Origin: an uncultured Clostridia bacterium
GTDB taxonomy: Bacteria > Bacillota > Clostridia > Oscillospirales > Acutalibacteraceae
Direction: 5' to 3'
Length of the DNA stretch: 64,000 nt
NCBI GenBank assembly: GCA_947585615.1
Contig: CANPXD010000001.1
Location: forward strand, 7,115-71,114
Under the pieces are notes generated by a model. The model was not told the origin of the DNA. It made no database searches and was given only the letters and a program-made list of their open reading frames with translations. How positions within the stretch are numbered: position 1 is the stretch's first letter; each line of letters begins with the position of its first letter. Made by a program: the position numbers and the translations under genes. This document shows positions 39,403-49,909 of this stretch, one piece after another.

Positions 39403-40542
39403 ATGGTACAGTTAAGCATAATGTCCACATTCAGCGACCTTTTCTCCAATTTCGGAAACATTCAGCCCGGTCAGGTTATAATGATGATTATAGGCGGACT
39501 GCTCGTATTTCTTGCAATCAAAAAAGAAATGGAACCCACGCTGCTTCTTCCGCTCGGCTTTGGAACGATTCTTGTCAATCTGCCCCTTTCGGGTGCAATC
39601 GGCGAGGACGGACCGATAACGGTTCTGTTCAACGCAGGTATAGCAAACGAACTGTTTCCCCTGTTATTATTTATAGGAATAGGCGCGATGATTGATTTCG
39701 GACCGCTGCTCAAAAATCCGTGGCTTATGCTGTTCGGCGCGGCGGCTCAGTTTGGGATATTCTTTACTTTTTTTGTTGCTTCATTCTTTTTCGATATTCC
39801 CGATGCGGCGTCAATAGCCATCATCGGAGCGGCAGACGGGCCGACATCCATTTTCGTTGCGAATGAGCTTCATTCACAGTATCTCGGACCGATTATGGTG
39901 GCGGCATATTCGTATATGGCGCTTGTGCCGATTATTCAGCCGCCTGTAATCAAGCTATGCACAACGAAGAAAGAACGTCTTATCAGAATGAAATATAAGC
40001 CCGGCGAGGTTTCCAAGACAACGAAAATCCTTTTCCCCGTTATCATCACTATAATTGCGGGTCTGGTTGCCCCGAAGTCGGTTGCGCTTGTGGGCTTCCT
40101 GATGTTCGGAAACATTATACGTGAATGCGGCGTGCTCAATGCGCTCTCTGAAACGGCGCAGAATGCTCTTGCAAATCTTATAACCATTCTGCTCGGTTTG
40201 ACTGTTGCGTCAAAGATGTACTACGAGGATTTCCTTAAAAAGGAAACCATTATGATTCTTGCGCTCGGACTTGTGGCGTTTATATTTGATACCGCGGGCG
40301 GCGTATTCTTCGCAAAGCTTCTCAATCTGTTCCTGCCGAAGGATAAAAAGGTTAATCCGATGATAGGTGCGGCAGGTATTTCGGCATTTCCGATGAGCGG
40401 ACGCGTTGTAAATCAGATGGGACTTAAAGAGGATAACCAGAACTTTTTGCTTATGCAGTCAATAAGCGTAAATGTATCGGGTCAGATTGCCTCGGTTATA
40501 GCCGGCGGACTTATTCTTACGCTTGTTGAAGGACTGATTTAA
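39403..40542 (+). CDS. oadB: Na+-translocating decarboxylase beta subunit (OadB/GcdB/MmdB family)
   Basis: 379-aa polytopic membrane ORF. The segments EPTLLLPLGFG, IGAADGPTSIF and MIGAAGISAFPMS are typical of OadB-family beta subunits. Confidence 0.9.
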   Translation: MVQLSIMSTFSDLFSNFGNIQPGQVIMMIIGGLLVFLAIKKEMEPTLLLPLGFGTILVNLPLSGAIGEDGPITVLFNAGIANELFPLLLFIGIGAMIDFGPLLKNPWLMLFGAAAQFGIFFTFFVASFFFDIPDAASIAIIGAADGPTSIFVANELHSQYLGPIMVAAYSYMALVPIIQPPVIKLCTTKKERLIRMKYKPGEVSKTTKILFPVIITIIAGLVAPKSVALVGFLMFGNIIRECGVLNALSETAQNALANLITILLGLTVASKMYYEDFLKKETIMILALGLVAFIFDTAGGVFFAKLLNLFLPKDKKVNPMIGAAGISAFPMSGRVVNQMGLKEDNQNFLLMQSISVNVSGQIASVIAGGLILTLVEGLI

Positions 40543-40554
40543 GGAGGGTAAAAT

Positions 40555-40752
40555 ATGCTCGGTTTATTGAATACTTTTTCGGCGCTCACCATGGCGATTT
40601 CAATCAATTCCGATTCATGGAAGCAGACTCTGCCCGTTATGGCAATAGGAATGGTGGGTATCTTTATCGTTATAGGCGTAATCATACTCTGTACCTATGG
40701 ATTAAACAAGCTTTTTTCAAAAAGAAAAAAGAAAGACGATGACAATAAATAA
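40555..40752 (+). CDS. OadG-like small membrane subunit
   Basis: 65-aa ORF behind AAGGAGGG with a single TM helix (MAIGMVGIFIVIGVIILCTYG) and a basic tail. Its position directly after oadB supports the call. Confidence 0.55.
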   Translation: MLGLLNTFSALTMAISINSDSWKQTLPVMAIGMVGIFIVIGVIILCTYGLNKLFSKRKKKDDDNK

Positions 40753-40763
40753 GAGAATGATTT

Positions 40764-40790
40764 ACGGGACTGCTTCGGCAGTCCCGTTTC
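40764..40790 (+). terminator. Intrinsic terminator after oadG
   Basis: ACGGGACTGC-TTCG-GCAGTCCCGT followed by TTTC. Confidence 0.75.
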
Positions 40791-40869
40791 AAATTGCGAA
40801 TAAAGCTGTCTGAACGATGCAGATATAAAGCAGAAAAAACGTATGATTCATTTTATTTTTGTATTGAGA

Positions 40870-40906
40870 AAGCCGCTTGAATTTGATTTTGATGTTCAAG
40901 CGGCTT
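40870..40906 (+). repeat. Copy 2 of the repeated hairpin element
   Basis: AAGCCGCTTGAATTTGATTTTGATGTTCAAGCGGCTT followed by CAGGCATTTTTCGT. 31 of 37 hairpin positions are identical to the minus strand of 10283-10320, and all differences lie in the loop. Confidence 0.8.
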
Positions 40907-40953
40907 CAGGCATTTTTCGTTTCCGGTGATTCGCCGGTATTTAGGAACTTATT

Positions 40954-41994
40954 TCAGCATTTTCTTTTTCTGGAATCAATATCAAATATGAGAACAGCAC
41001 AGCCGAGTATCATAAGGGCGGACAGTGTAAAGTTTACGCTGAAAGGGATAGGAGTGCTTTGCGAATAATTTGAAAAAACCTGAGCGGCGTCGGGAAACAG
41101 TTTCGTAAATAAAAAACAAAGCAAAGCGGACAGAAGCGCGTGAACGATTCGCCAGATAAAAAAGTCAAAATACCGCATATTTATTTTTTTGATTATCGAA
41201 AAAAGCTGAAAATGAATGCAAAAACCCGAAAACGCAATCAAAAAGGCAAGAGCCGGAAGAGAAAACGCGTCGTGATTATCGGCAACGCCTCCCGTTATTT
41301 CTATTATCGGAGAAAGCACGGCAGGATATTTCACAGCCTCGCCCAATGCCGAAAAAAGAATGATACAGGCAGAAATGTTCAGAACGGAGCGAATGGAATT
41401 CTCTGTCGACACGTTGAGTGCTTCTGCAATCGGCAGGGCGGAATAGCCCGAATGAGAATCGGATACCTTTTCATAATGAAACGACGAAAAAAATGCTATA
41501 AGCAGAGACGCCAGCGTTGTTGACGCAAACAGAAGCAGACCCGCGCGCTCGTTTTTCAGTATGATTGTTCCGACTGCTGTTATGATAAATGCCGCTCCGC
41601 CGTTTACGTTGAATCTCATAAGGCGCTTTGCCGTTGCGTCGTCTATATCCGAGTTGTCATAAAGGCTTTCAGTCAGCACTGCGCCTGTGGGGTAGCCCCC
41701 GATAAGACCGAAAATCATCGCGGCGCCTGTTGCTCTCGGCAGACGGAAAACCTTTTCGGTCACGGGAGCAAGAGCGTTCTGGAGCATATTTCCAGCCGTT
41801 GATTTTGAAATCATATTAAAAAGGATGAGCAGCGGCAGAAGTCCCGGAATTATGATGGTTTCCGACATTTCAAGACCGTGGAGCGCACCCTCCTTTGCCT
41901 GGGGAGAAAATGCAATCAACACAATTGAAACCGCCGCGAGAGCCGCAAGCTGCAGGCTTTCTTTTTTTATTCTCATATTTTGTTCCCCTTTCAC
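40954..41994 (-). CDS. ylbJ: Sporulation integral membrane protein YlbJ-like (nucleoside-recognition/Gate-domain protein)
   Basis: 346-aa polytopic membrane ORF with an N-terminal pattern (A.EG...G......IIPGLLPLLIL) like YlbJ. It is divergent from spoIIE. Confidence 0.6.
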   Translation of the reverse strand: MKGEQNMRIKKESLQLAALAAVSIVLIAFSPQAKEGALHGLEMSETIIIPGLLPLLILFNMISKSTAGNMLQNALAPVTEKVFRLPRATGAAMIFGLIGGYPTGAVLTESLYDNSDIDDATAKRLMRFNVNGGAAFIITAVGTIILKNERAGLLLFASTTLASLLIAFFSSFHYEKVSDSHSGYSALPIAEALNVSTENSIRSVLNISACIILFSALGEAVKYPAVLSPIIEITGGVADNHDAFSLPALAFLIAFSGFCIHFQLFSIIKKINMRYFDFFIWRIVHALLSALLCFLFTKLFPDAAQVFSNYSQSTPIPFSVNFTLSALMILGCAVLIFDIDSRKRKC

Positions 41995-42153
41995 GTCCCT
42001 ATATAATTAATATAAATTGACACAGCATTTATGAAAAAAATATGCAGATTTTCATTTTTCCGTGAAATGGGGCGCGTTGTGACATTTTTTTCAGCGTTCC
42101 CTTTTTATAATATCTTGAATGAGGGGAATAATTAATTTTACGGATGTGTAAAA

Positions 42154-44265
42154 ATGAAAACTATTACCCCGAATAAAGAAGAAATCAGGAAAAGTCTGAA
42201 GAACGGCAGCGTCAGAAATCTGACGGAAGCGGCGGTGTTTCTCGTTCTTGGATTTGTTCTGAGCAGCTGCTTTGTTCTTGAGGCGGCGTCACCGTTTTCC
42301 ATTTCGCTGATTTCCGTTTCAAAAAGAAAGAATTTTATCTACAGCGCAGTCGGAAGCGCACTGGGGTATCTCGTTTTTTGTCCTCAGAGCTTTGCGCGTT
42401 ACGGTGTTTCCGTTATTATTGTGTCGCTTGGCGCATTTGCCGTTTCTCTTGCCGATATAAAAAATCAGCCCGCGCTTCCTATGGTACTGGCTTTTCTTTC
42501 ACTTACCGCGACAGGAGTTGTAGTAGACGTAAAAACAGGCGCGACCGGCGCGCAGTACGCCCTGACTTTTGCCGAGGGTATACTCGGACTTGGCGGTTCG
42601 TTTTTTTTCTTCAGGGCAATAAACTGTAATTTCAGACGTTTTCGTTTTAAAGCGCTTCCCGTGTCCGATTTAACGTGCATTGTTATTTCCGCCGCCGTAG
42701 TTCTGATGAGCCTTGCCCGTATAACTGTCGGTGAACTATCGCCTGCGCGGATTTTAGCGGTTTTTTTAATTTTGATGACAACCCGTTTCGGGTCGGACAG
42801 GCTTGGTTTCATTCTGGCGCTTTCCCTTGGGTTTTCACTTGGAATTGAAAGTAGGGAAACGATTTTCCTTGCGGGAGCTTACGGCTTTTCAACACTTCTT
42901 GCTTCGCTTTTCTGCCCTGTCGGGTCATGGAGCGCGGCTGTTTCGTTTGTTCTTTCGTGCGGCCTTTTTTCGGTTGCGTCGGGAAGCAGCGCGGGGCTGT
43001 ATATAACGCTTGAAAGCGCAGCCGCAGGAATTGTTTTTGCGCTTTTGCCGTCTGTTGCGGTAAGTAAAATAGAAGATTTTTTCCACGGCGGAGCGGATAT
43101 TGCACCCGATGGCTCACTCAGGCAGAGCCTTGTTGTAAGGCTTCGCTTTGCCTCTTCGGCTATGAATCATATAAGTGAGAGCGTAAATGAGGTTCGCGAA
43201 AAAATAAACGATATGAACATAAGAAACGCGCAGAGAGCGCGCGCCGAGATGTCCGAGGCCGAGTATATTTCACAGGAAATCATAAACGAAAAGACAAACG
43301 AAATCAGGATGGTGGCATCTGACCAGTTCTTTTCCATTTCGGATATGCTTGCCGACCTTGCAAAAGAATTTGACGAGGCGGAATATTTTGACAATATCGC
43401 CGCAGGAAGAATAAGAAGAATGCTCGGCGAATATGAAATTTATCCGAAAAATATTTCCGTTATTGAAGATAAATTCGGCAGAATGAGAATAGAAATTATG
43501 ACAAGGGGAAGAGAAACTTCCCTCTCTAAACCTGAAATCCAAAAGGAAATTTCAAAAATATGCAGCCGTTATTTTGACAGGGGCAGGCTGACTCATTTTC
43601 GCGAGGATTCCATGATAACCTTTGCGGAAAGACCAAATTACTCGTTTGAAATCGGCTTCGCGCAGCACAGCGCGGAGGGAAAGCTATGCGGCGACACGAT
43701 AAAAACGGTAAACGACGGAAGAGGGCACAGTATTCTTATTATAAGCGACGGTATGGGCAAGGGAGGCAGAGCGGCGCTTGACGGTGCAATGGGTGCCGGA
43801 CTGCTCTCAAAGCTCCTTTGCGCCGGTTTTGGGTTTGACAGTGCGCTCAAGGTCGTGAATTCCGCACTGCTTGTAAAATCAAATGAGGAAAGCCTTGCCA
43901 CAATCGACTGTTCCGCCGTGGATTTGTTTACCGGAAGGGTAGATCTTTACAAAGCGGGTGCGCCGGCAACCTATATAATTAAGGGAAACAGAGTGACAAA
44001 ATGCGAACTGACTTCTATGCCTGCGGGTATTTTAAGAGGTATTGAGTTTGCAAAGCGTACAGCCGTATTAAGCAGCGGTGACCTTATAGTTATGACGAGT
44101 GACGGTATAACGGAGCTTGGCGGAGAATGGCTTACCGCAATGCTTAAGGGATTCGAGGATACTCCCGTGCAGGAAATAGCAGACAGCGTACTTCGGGAAG
44201 CGCTCAATATCGCAAAGGGGAAAAAAGAGGACGATATGAGCATAATCGCAGCGAGACTGAAATGA
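42154..44265 (+). CDS. spoIIE: Stage II sporulation protein E (membrane PP2C phosphatase)
   Basis: 703-aa ORF with about 10 N-terminal TM helices, a central regulatory region and a C-terminal PP2C/SpoIIE domain (CGDT, LIISDGMGKGGRAA, MTSDGI). Confidence 0.9.
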   Translation: MKTITPNKEEIRKSLKNGSVRNLTEAAVFLVLGFVLSSCFVLEAASPFSISLISVSKRKNFIYSAVGSALGYLVFCPQSFARYGVSVIIVSLGAFAVSLADIKNQPALPMVLAFLSLTATGVVVDVKTGATGAQYALTFAEGILGLGGSFFFFRAINCNFRRFRFKALPVSDLTCIVISAAVVLMSLARITVGELSPARILAVFLILMTTRFGSDRLGFILALSLGFSLGIESRETIFLAGAYGFSTLLASLFCPVGSWSAAVSFVLSCGLFSVASGSSAGLYITLESAAAGIVFALLPSVAVSKIEDFFHGGADIAPDGSLRQSLVVRLRFASSAMNHISESVNEVREKINDMNIRNAQRARAEMSEAEYISQEIINEKTNEIRMVASDQFFSISDMLADLAKEFDEAEYFDNIAAGRIRRMLGEYEIYPKNISVIEDKFGRMRIEIMTRGRETSLSKPEIQKEISKICSRYFDRGRLTHFREDSMITFAERPNYSFEIGFAQHSAEGKLCGDTIKTVNDGRGHSILIISDGMGKGGRAALDGAMGAGLLSKLLCAGFGFDSALKVVNSALLVKSNEESLATIDCSAVDLFTGRVDLYKAGAPATYIIKGNRVTKCELTSMPAGILRGIEFAKRTAVLSSGDLIVMTSDGITELGGEWLTAMLKGFEDTPVQEIADSVLREALNIAKGKKEDDMSIIAARLK

Positions 44266-44352
44266 TAAAAAGATCATTTTATATACTTTTGCTTGCAAAA
44301 GGTCTTTGGAGTATGATATGATAAGCATACATAGATAAAGGAGGAAACTGCA

Positions 44353-46170
44353 ATGTGTGGTATAATCGGATATATAGGCAAAAGTGAAGCTACGGGCATC
44401 CTTATCAAAGGGTTGAAGGATCTTGAATACAGAGGATATGACAGCGGCGGGATCGCCGTTTTAAATAAAAACAATTTAAAAATCGTAAAGGCTAAAGGCG
44501 AAATTAAGCGCCTTGAGGAAAAATTGGGCGGCAGCAGTCTTGGCGGCTCTGTAGGAATCGGTCACACACGCTGGGCAACGCACGGCAAGGCAAACGAGAT
44601 TAACGCACATCCTCATTGCAGTGAGCATTTTGCCGTTGTTCACAACGGAATTATAGAAAACTACAAGGAAATCAAAGAAAGTCTCTCAATGAGCGGCATT
44701 TCATTTGAAAGCGAAACGGATACCGAGGTCATTCCGAAACTGCTGGAGCTTAACTACAGTGGAGATGTAATTGACGCAATCAAAAAGACGGTTAAGCTTT
44801 TGGAAGGCTCGTACGCTCTCGGCATTCTCTGCACGGATGATGAAAATACGCTTTACTGCACAAAAAAAGGCTCTCCGCTCATTATCGGTGTCGGCAAGGA
44901 CGAGAATTTCATTGCGTCCGACGTCAATCCCTTGCTTCATTATACCAAGGAAGCCGTTTATCTTGAGGATGGTGAGACTGCCGCGATTACGGTGGATAAG
45001 ATAACGGTGTATGACGGCAATTTTTCCGAAATCAAAAAGGAAATTAAGACGCTTCAGCTAAGCAAGAGCGCTGCCGACAAGGGCAATTTTGAGCATTTTA
45101 TGCTTAAGGAAATATATGAAGAACCGGAGGTTGTAAGAAATACGCTGGGCGCGGTTACGGAGGACGGAGAAATATTTTTCCCCGAAATGCCGTTTGACGC
45201 TCAGGACTTCAGGGAAATCAACCGCGTCTATATCGTCGGTTGCGGCTCTGCATATCATGTGGGACTGATAGCAAAATACAACTTTGAGAAAATAGCAAAA
45301 ATTCCCGCGTTTGCGGAATATGCAGGAGAATTCAGATACGCAGACGCTGTTATAGACGAAAAGTGCCTTGTAATCATTATCAGCCAGAGCGGTGAAACGG
45401 CGGACAGTCTTGCGGCGCTTAAGCAGGCAAGAGAGATGGGGGCAAAAACGATAAGCATTGTAAACGTTCCCGAAAGCTCTATAGCGAAAATGAGTCATTA
45501 CAATCTGCTTACACTTGCAGGTGCGGAAATAGCCGTTGCCACAACAAAGGCGTTTTCGTGTCAGCTTGCAATGCTTAATATGCTCTGCCTTTATATCGCG
45601 CGTCAGCGCGAAGCCTGCACCGAGGTTTTCAGCGAGATTGCGGTTAATATGAGTTCGCTGCTTCCGAAGAAAATAGAAAGGGTGCTTGCAAAGGAAAATG
45701 AACTGAAAACCCTTGCAAAGGAAATCAAGGATATGGATAAGTGCTTCTTCCTTGGCAGAAATGTTGATTACGGCGTTTCGCTCGAGGGAGCGCTCAAGCT
45801 CAAGGAAATCAGCTATATAGACTGTGTTGGTTATCCGGCAAGCGAGCTTAAGCACGGAACGATAAGCCTTATTGAAAAAGACACTGTCTGTTTTGGACTG
45901 ATAAGCAACAAGGATTTGCTGCCAAAAACCGTATCAAATCTTATTGAAGTTATCGCGAGGGGAGCAAAGGTTATTGTTTTTGCGCCGGAAAGCCTAAAAG
46001 ACGATTTACCTCAGTTTGAGACTGTTATCACATATCCCGATTCAATTCCGCTCCTGACGCCATCCATTGAGGTTATACCGTTGCAGCTTCTTGCTTATCA
46101 CGTTGCATACGAAAAGGGACTTCCTATTGATAAGCCGCGCAACCTTGCAAAATCAGTTACCGTTGAGTAA
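44353..46170 (+). CDS. glmS: Glutamine--fructose-6-phosphate aminotransferase
   Basis: 605-aa ORF with an MCGIIGY N-terminus (Cys nucleophile), two SIS domains and the C-terminal KSVTVE. Confidence 0.97.
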   Translation: MCGIIGYIGKSEATGILIKGLKDLEYRGYDSGGIAVLNKNNLKIVKAKGEIKRLEEKLGGSSLGGSVGIGHTRWATHGKANEINAHPHCSEHFAVVHNGIIENYKEIKESLSMSGISFESETDTEVIPKLLELNYSGDVIDAIKKTVKLLEGSYALGILCTDDENTLYCTKKGSPLIIGVGKDENFIASDVNPLLHYTKEAVYLEDGETAAITVDKITVYDGNFSEIKKEIKTLQLSKSAADKGNFEHFMLKEIYEEPEVVRNTLGAVTEDGEIFFPEMPFDAQDFREINRVYIVGCGSAYHVGLIAKYNFEKIAKIPAFAEYAGEFRYADAVIDEKCLVIIISQSGETADSLAALKQAREMGAKTISIVNVPESSIAKMSHYNLLTLAGAEIAVATTKAFSCQLAMLNMLCLYIARQREACTEVFSEIAVNMSSLLPKKIERVLAKENELKTLAKEIKDMDKCFFLGRNVDYGVSLEGALKLKEISYIDCVGYPASELKHGTISLIEKDTVCFGLISNKDLLPKTVSNLIEVIARGAKVIVFAPESLKDDLPQFETVITYPDSIPLLTPSIEVIPLQLLAYHVAYEKGLPIDKPRNLAKSVTVE

Positions 46171-46180
46171 ACAGATATAT

Positions 46181-46221
46181 AAGCGCGCCGTTCGGTTAAT
46201 AGCCGATCGGCGCGCTTTTTT
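46181..46221. terminator. Bidirectional terminator between the convergent glmS and mnmA genes
   Basis: AAGCGCGCCG ... CGGCGCGCTT hairpin followed by TTTTT. Confidence 0.85.
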
Positions 46222-46234
46222 ATGATGGTTTATA

Positions 46235-47314
46235 TTAAAAAATTTCTTCAATAACTCCGCCGCCGACAACAATATCTCCGTCGTACATAACGGCTGCCTG
46301 CCCCTTTGAGGTGGAGCGTTGGGGTTTGTCAAAGGTGATTTTTATTCTGCCGCAGTTAAGCCGCTGAGCCGTTGCAGGCTGCTCTTTCATATTATATCTC
46401 GTGCGTGCCTTGATTTTCAACGGCTCTTTTATTTCAGCCACGGAAATCAAATTGACGTCGCTTATTATTACGCCTCGGCTTAAGGCATCATTGGCATTTC
46501 CTAAAATAATTTCGTTTTTTTCGGGATTTTTGCCGCAGACATACAGAGGTTCTTTATAGGATATGCCGAGACCTTTTCGCTGACCGACCGTATATCTGAT
46601 TATGCCGTTGTGCGTGCCGAGGATTTCGCCGCTCTTCGTTACAAAATTGCCGGGAGGATATTTTTTGCCTGTGTGATTTTCAATAAACGCGGCATAGTCG
46701 CCGTCCGGAACGAAACAGATGTCCTGACTTTCACGCTTGTCCGAATTAATAAAATTATTTTCAAGCGCGATTTTGCGTATTTGGGGTTTGCTATATTCCC
46801 CGAGCGGAAAAACGGTGCGCGCAAGTCTGTTCTGGGTGAGAGAGTACAGAACATAGCTTTGATCTTTCGCACTGTCAACGCCTTTCTTCAAAAGCCAGCG
46901 TCCCAGAGATTCGTCGTATTCCGTGCGCGCATAGTGGCCCGTGGCAACGCAGTCGCAGCCCAGTTCATCGGCACGTCTGAAGAGCTGTTCAAATTTCAGA
47001 TACCGGTTACAGTCTATACAGGGATTGGGTGTTCCGCCGTTTTCATATACCGAGATAAATTTTTTTATAACCTTTTTTTCAAATTCATCCTTAAAATTGA
47101 AAACGTGATACGGAATTCCAAGATGAAAGGCTACGGAACGTGCGTCCTCAATATCATCAAGCGTGCAGCAGGCTTTATCCCTGCCGACTCCAATATCGTC
47201 GTTGCTATAGAGCTTCATTGTAACGCCCACACAGTCAAAGCCCCGTTGTTTCATCAAAAAGGCGGCGGCACTGCTGTCTACGCCGCCGCTCATTGCTATA
47301 AGCGCTTTTTTCAT
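46235..47314 (-). CDS. mnmA: tRNA 2-thiouridine(34) synthase MnmA
   Basis: 359-aa ORF with the PP-loop AMSGGVDSS and conserved catalytic Cys residues (NPCIDCN). Confidence 0.95.
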   Translation of the reverse strand: MKKALIAMSGGVDSSAAAFLMKQRGFDCVGVTMKLYSNDDIGVGRDKACCTLDDIEDARSVAFHLGIPYHVFNFKDEFEKKVIKKFISVYENGGTPNPCIDCNRYLKFEQLFRRADELGCDCVATGHYARTEYDESLGRWLLKKGVDSAKDQSYVLYSLTQNRLARTVFPLGEYSKPQIRKIALENNFINSDKRESQDICFVPDGDYAAFIENHTGKKYPPGNFVTKSGEILGTHNGIIRYTVGQRKGLGISYKEPLYVCGKNPEKNEIILGNANDALSRGVIISDVNLISVAEIKEPLKIKARTRYNMKEQPATAQRLNCGRIKITFDKPQRSTSKGQAAVMYDGDIVVGGGVIEEIF

Positions 47315-47316
47315 AT

Positions 47317-48234
47317 TTAACCGCCGTATTCAATCATTTTATCAATACATTTTTTTGCCTTCGCAATCGTTTCACTGTCAAGGAGAATTTCCTCTCCGGC
47401 AAGACCCTTGCAGCAGTTCAAGACATCGGGCAGGGTGGTTATTTTCATATTGTGGCAGACAAGATCCTTTGACAGAGGATAAAACGCCTTATCGGAGCAG
47501 TCATACTGCAGATGTTCAACGATGCTGTTTTCCGTTCCGATTATGAATTCCGTTGCACTGCTTTTTGCGGCGTAATCCATAATTCCGCTTGTTGAGCCTA
47601 TGTAATCCGCATGGCGCGAAACCTCGGGAATACATTCGGGGTGAACAAGCAAAAGCGCGTTCGGATGTTTCTTTTTGGCCTGCATAACGTGCTTTTCGTT
47701 CACTCTGCAGTGAGTGGGGCAACCGCCCGAAACAAGCTTTATGTTTTTATCGGGGCATTGCTTGGCAACATATGTACCGAGGTTTATATCGGGGATAAAC
47801 AGGATGTCCTTTTCAGGCATTGCCTTTATAATTTTAACGGCGGACGACGAGGTTACGCAGACATCACAGATCGTTTTCAGTTCTGCCGTTGTATTTATAT
47901 AAGCGACTACTGTATAACCCGGATTCATTTCTTTCATCTGCTCTATAAGCTCCCTGTCCATCTGTTCGGCCATCGGGCAGCCTGCGTCGGGACTTGCAAG
48001 AATAACCCTTTTCTCGGGAGAAAGAATTTTTACCGTTTCAGCCATAAAACGCACGCCGCACATAAGTACGGTTCTTGCTTTGACGGACGCCGCCTTAACG
48101 GAAAGGGCATAGGAGTCGCCTGTGAAATCGGCGATTTCCGTAATTTCTCTTGCCTGATAGGAATGCGCAAGAATACAAATATCCTTTTCTTTTTTTAATT
48201 TTAAAATCTGATTCTGTACTTCCGATACTGTCAT
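47317..48234 (-). CDS. nadA: Quinolinate synthase NadA
   Basis: 305-aa ORF with the threefold NadA pattern including ILAHSYQ, FMAETVKIL, CPMA and VHPEC. Confidence 0.9.
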   Translation of the reverse strand: MTVSEVQNQILKLKKEKDICILAHSYQAREITEIADFTGDSYALSVKAASVKARTVLMCGVRFMAETVKILSPEKRVILASPDAGCPMAEQMDRELIEQMKEMNPGYTVVAYINTTAELKTICDVCVTSSSAVKIIKAMPEKDILFIPDINLGTYVAKQCPDKNIKLVSGGCPTHCRVNEKHVMQAKKKHPNALLLVHPECIPEVSRHADYIGSTSGIMDYAAKSSATEFIIGTENSIVEHLQYDCSDKAFYPLSKDLVCHNMKITTLPDVLNCCKGLAGEEILLDSETIAKAKKCIDKMIEYGG

Positions 48235-48246
48235 AGTGTCTCCTGT

Positions 48247-48678
48247 TTATTTCAGATGGCATTCCTCACAGCTTTCGCAGTCAGGGAAAAGTGATTTGTC
48301 GTATGCAATGCCGTTTTTGTCGTAATAATCCTTAACGGCTGCTTTAACAGCCTCTTCGGCAAGAACCGAACAGTGGATTTTATGCGCCGGCAGACCATCA
48401 AGCGCCTCAACAACTGCCTTGTTGGTGAGAGCGAGGGCATCCTCGATTTTTTTCCCTTTTATCATTTCCGTTGCCATGGAAGATGTTGCGATTGCCGAGC
48501 CGCAGCCGAATGTGTTGAATTTTACATCGGTGATTATGCCGCAGTCGACCTTGATATACACTTTCATTATATCTCCGCACACGGCGTTTCCGACTTCGCC
48601 GATGCCGTCCGCGTTTTCAATTTTTCCGACATTTCTCGGATTTTGAAAATGATCCATAACCTTTTCACTATATAACAT
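48247..48678 (-). CDS. nifU: Fe-S cluster assembly scaffold (NifU N-terminal / IscU type)
   Basis: 143-aa ORF with [16 protein letters not shown] and HCSVLAE motifs. Confidence 0.93.
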   Translation of the reverse strand: MLYSEKVMDHFQNPRNVGKIENADGIGEVGNAVCGDIMKVYIKVDCGIITDVKFNTFGCGSAIATSSMATEMIKGKKIEDALALTNKAVVEALDGLPAHKIHCSVLAEEAVKAAVKDYYDKNGIAYDKSLFPDCESCEECHLK

Positions 48679-49861
48679 GGTTAATCTCTCCTTTTGAAAG
48701 TTCGTCCCATACGGGAGACATATTTCTTAAATATTCCACGATTTCGGGAACGTTTTTGATTATATAATCTATTTCCTCTTCCGTGTTTTGCTCGCTGATT
48801 GAAAGGCGAAGCGAACCGTGGGCAACCTCATGGGGAAGTCCGATTGCAAGAAGAACGTGACTTGGATCAAGCGAGCCTGATGTGCAGGCGGAGCCGCTTG
48901 ACGCTTCGATTCCGCGACTGTCGAGCAGCAGCAAAAGGCTTTCGCCCTCAATGCCTTCAAAGCACATATTGACATTGCCGGGCAGCCTGTTTACCGCGTC
49001 GCCGTTCAGAACGGAGTGCGGTATGGAGGAAAGACCTTCTATCAGCTTATCCCTGAGACGCGAAACATATTCACGGTTCTTTTTGATTCCGCTGCACGCC
49101 TCGTCAAGAGCCGCCGCCATACCGGTAATCGCAGGCAGATTTTCGGTGCCTGCGCGCTTTCCTCTTTCCTGTGCGCCGCCCTCAATCAGATTCTGGAGCA
49201 AAATACCCTTTCTGCAGTAAAGAGCGCCGATTCCTTTCGGCCCGTAAAATTTATGGGCAGAAAGTGAAAGCATATCTATATTCATTTTTTCAACATCAAT
49301 TTCTATATGGCCTGCCGCCTGAACTGCGTCTGTGTGGAACAAAACGCCCGCCTCTCTGCATACAGCTCCGATTTCGGCAATCGGCTGAATGGTTCCGATT
49401 TCATTGTTGGCAAACATAACCGTTACAAGGCAAGTGTCTTCACGGATTGCGTCTTTGACCTCCTCGGCTGTTATGATGCCGTTTCTGTGAACGTCAAGCA
49501 GGGTGATTTCAAAACCCTCTTTCTCCAGCTTGTTGAGAGTATGAAGCACTGCGTGGTGTTCAAATGCTGTTGATATAATGTGCTTTTTGCCCTTCTTCTC
49601 ACCGAGAATGGCAGCGGTACGTATCGCCTGATTGTCCGCTTCGCTGCCTCCTGAGGTAAAATATATCTCACGCGGCTGAGCTCCAAGATTTTTTGCAATG
49701 CGTTCTCTTGCCTCAAGCAATTTTTCAGCAGCCTGCTGCCCTGTTGTGTGCAGGCTGGACGGATTGCCGTAGTATGTTTCAAACATCGGCATCATTGCGT
49801 TAAGAGCCGTTTTGCTTATTTTGGTTGTTGCCGCATTATCTGCATAAACAAACATCGCCAT
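48668..49861 (-). CDS. nifS: Cysteine desulfurase (NifS/IscS type)
   Basis: 397-aa ORF with the PLP lysine in [10 protein letters not shown] and the active-site loop SSGSACTSG. Confidence 0.95.
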   Translation of the reverse strand: MAMFVYADNAATTKISKTALNAMMPMFETYYGNPSSLHTTGQQAAEKLLEARERIAKNLGAQPREIYFTSGGSEADNQAIRTAAILGEKKGKKHIISTAFEHHAVLHTLNKLEKEGFEITLLDVHRNGIITAEEVKDAIREDTCLVTVMFANNEIGTIQPIAEIGAVCREAGVLFHTDAVQAAGHIEIDVEKMNIDMLSLSAHKFYGPKGIGALYCRKGILLQNLIEGGAQERGKRAGTENLPAITGMAAALDEACSGIKKNREYVSRLRDKLIEGLSSIPHSVLNGDAVNRLPGNVNMCFEGIEGESLLLLLDSRGIEASSGSACTSGSLDPSHVLLAIGLPHEVAHGSLRLSISEQNTEEEIDYIIKNVPEIVEYLRNMSPVWDELSKGEINHVI

Positions 49862-49909
49862 TTTCCTTTCAGTGATCGGTTATTACATAATTCCCATAGA
49901 ATTAGTATG

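Noticed and set aside
44266-44352. Possible glmS ribozyme upstream of glmS
   Set aside because: The spacer is only 87 nt and AT-rich. It is too short for the ribozyme of about 170 nt, and I see none of its conserved GC-rich core. It appears to be just a promoter plus RBS.
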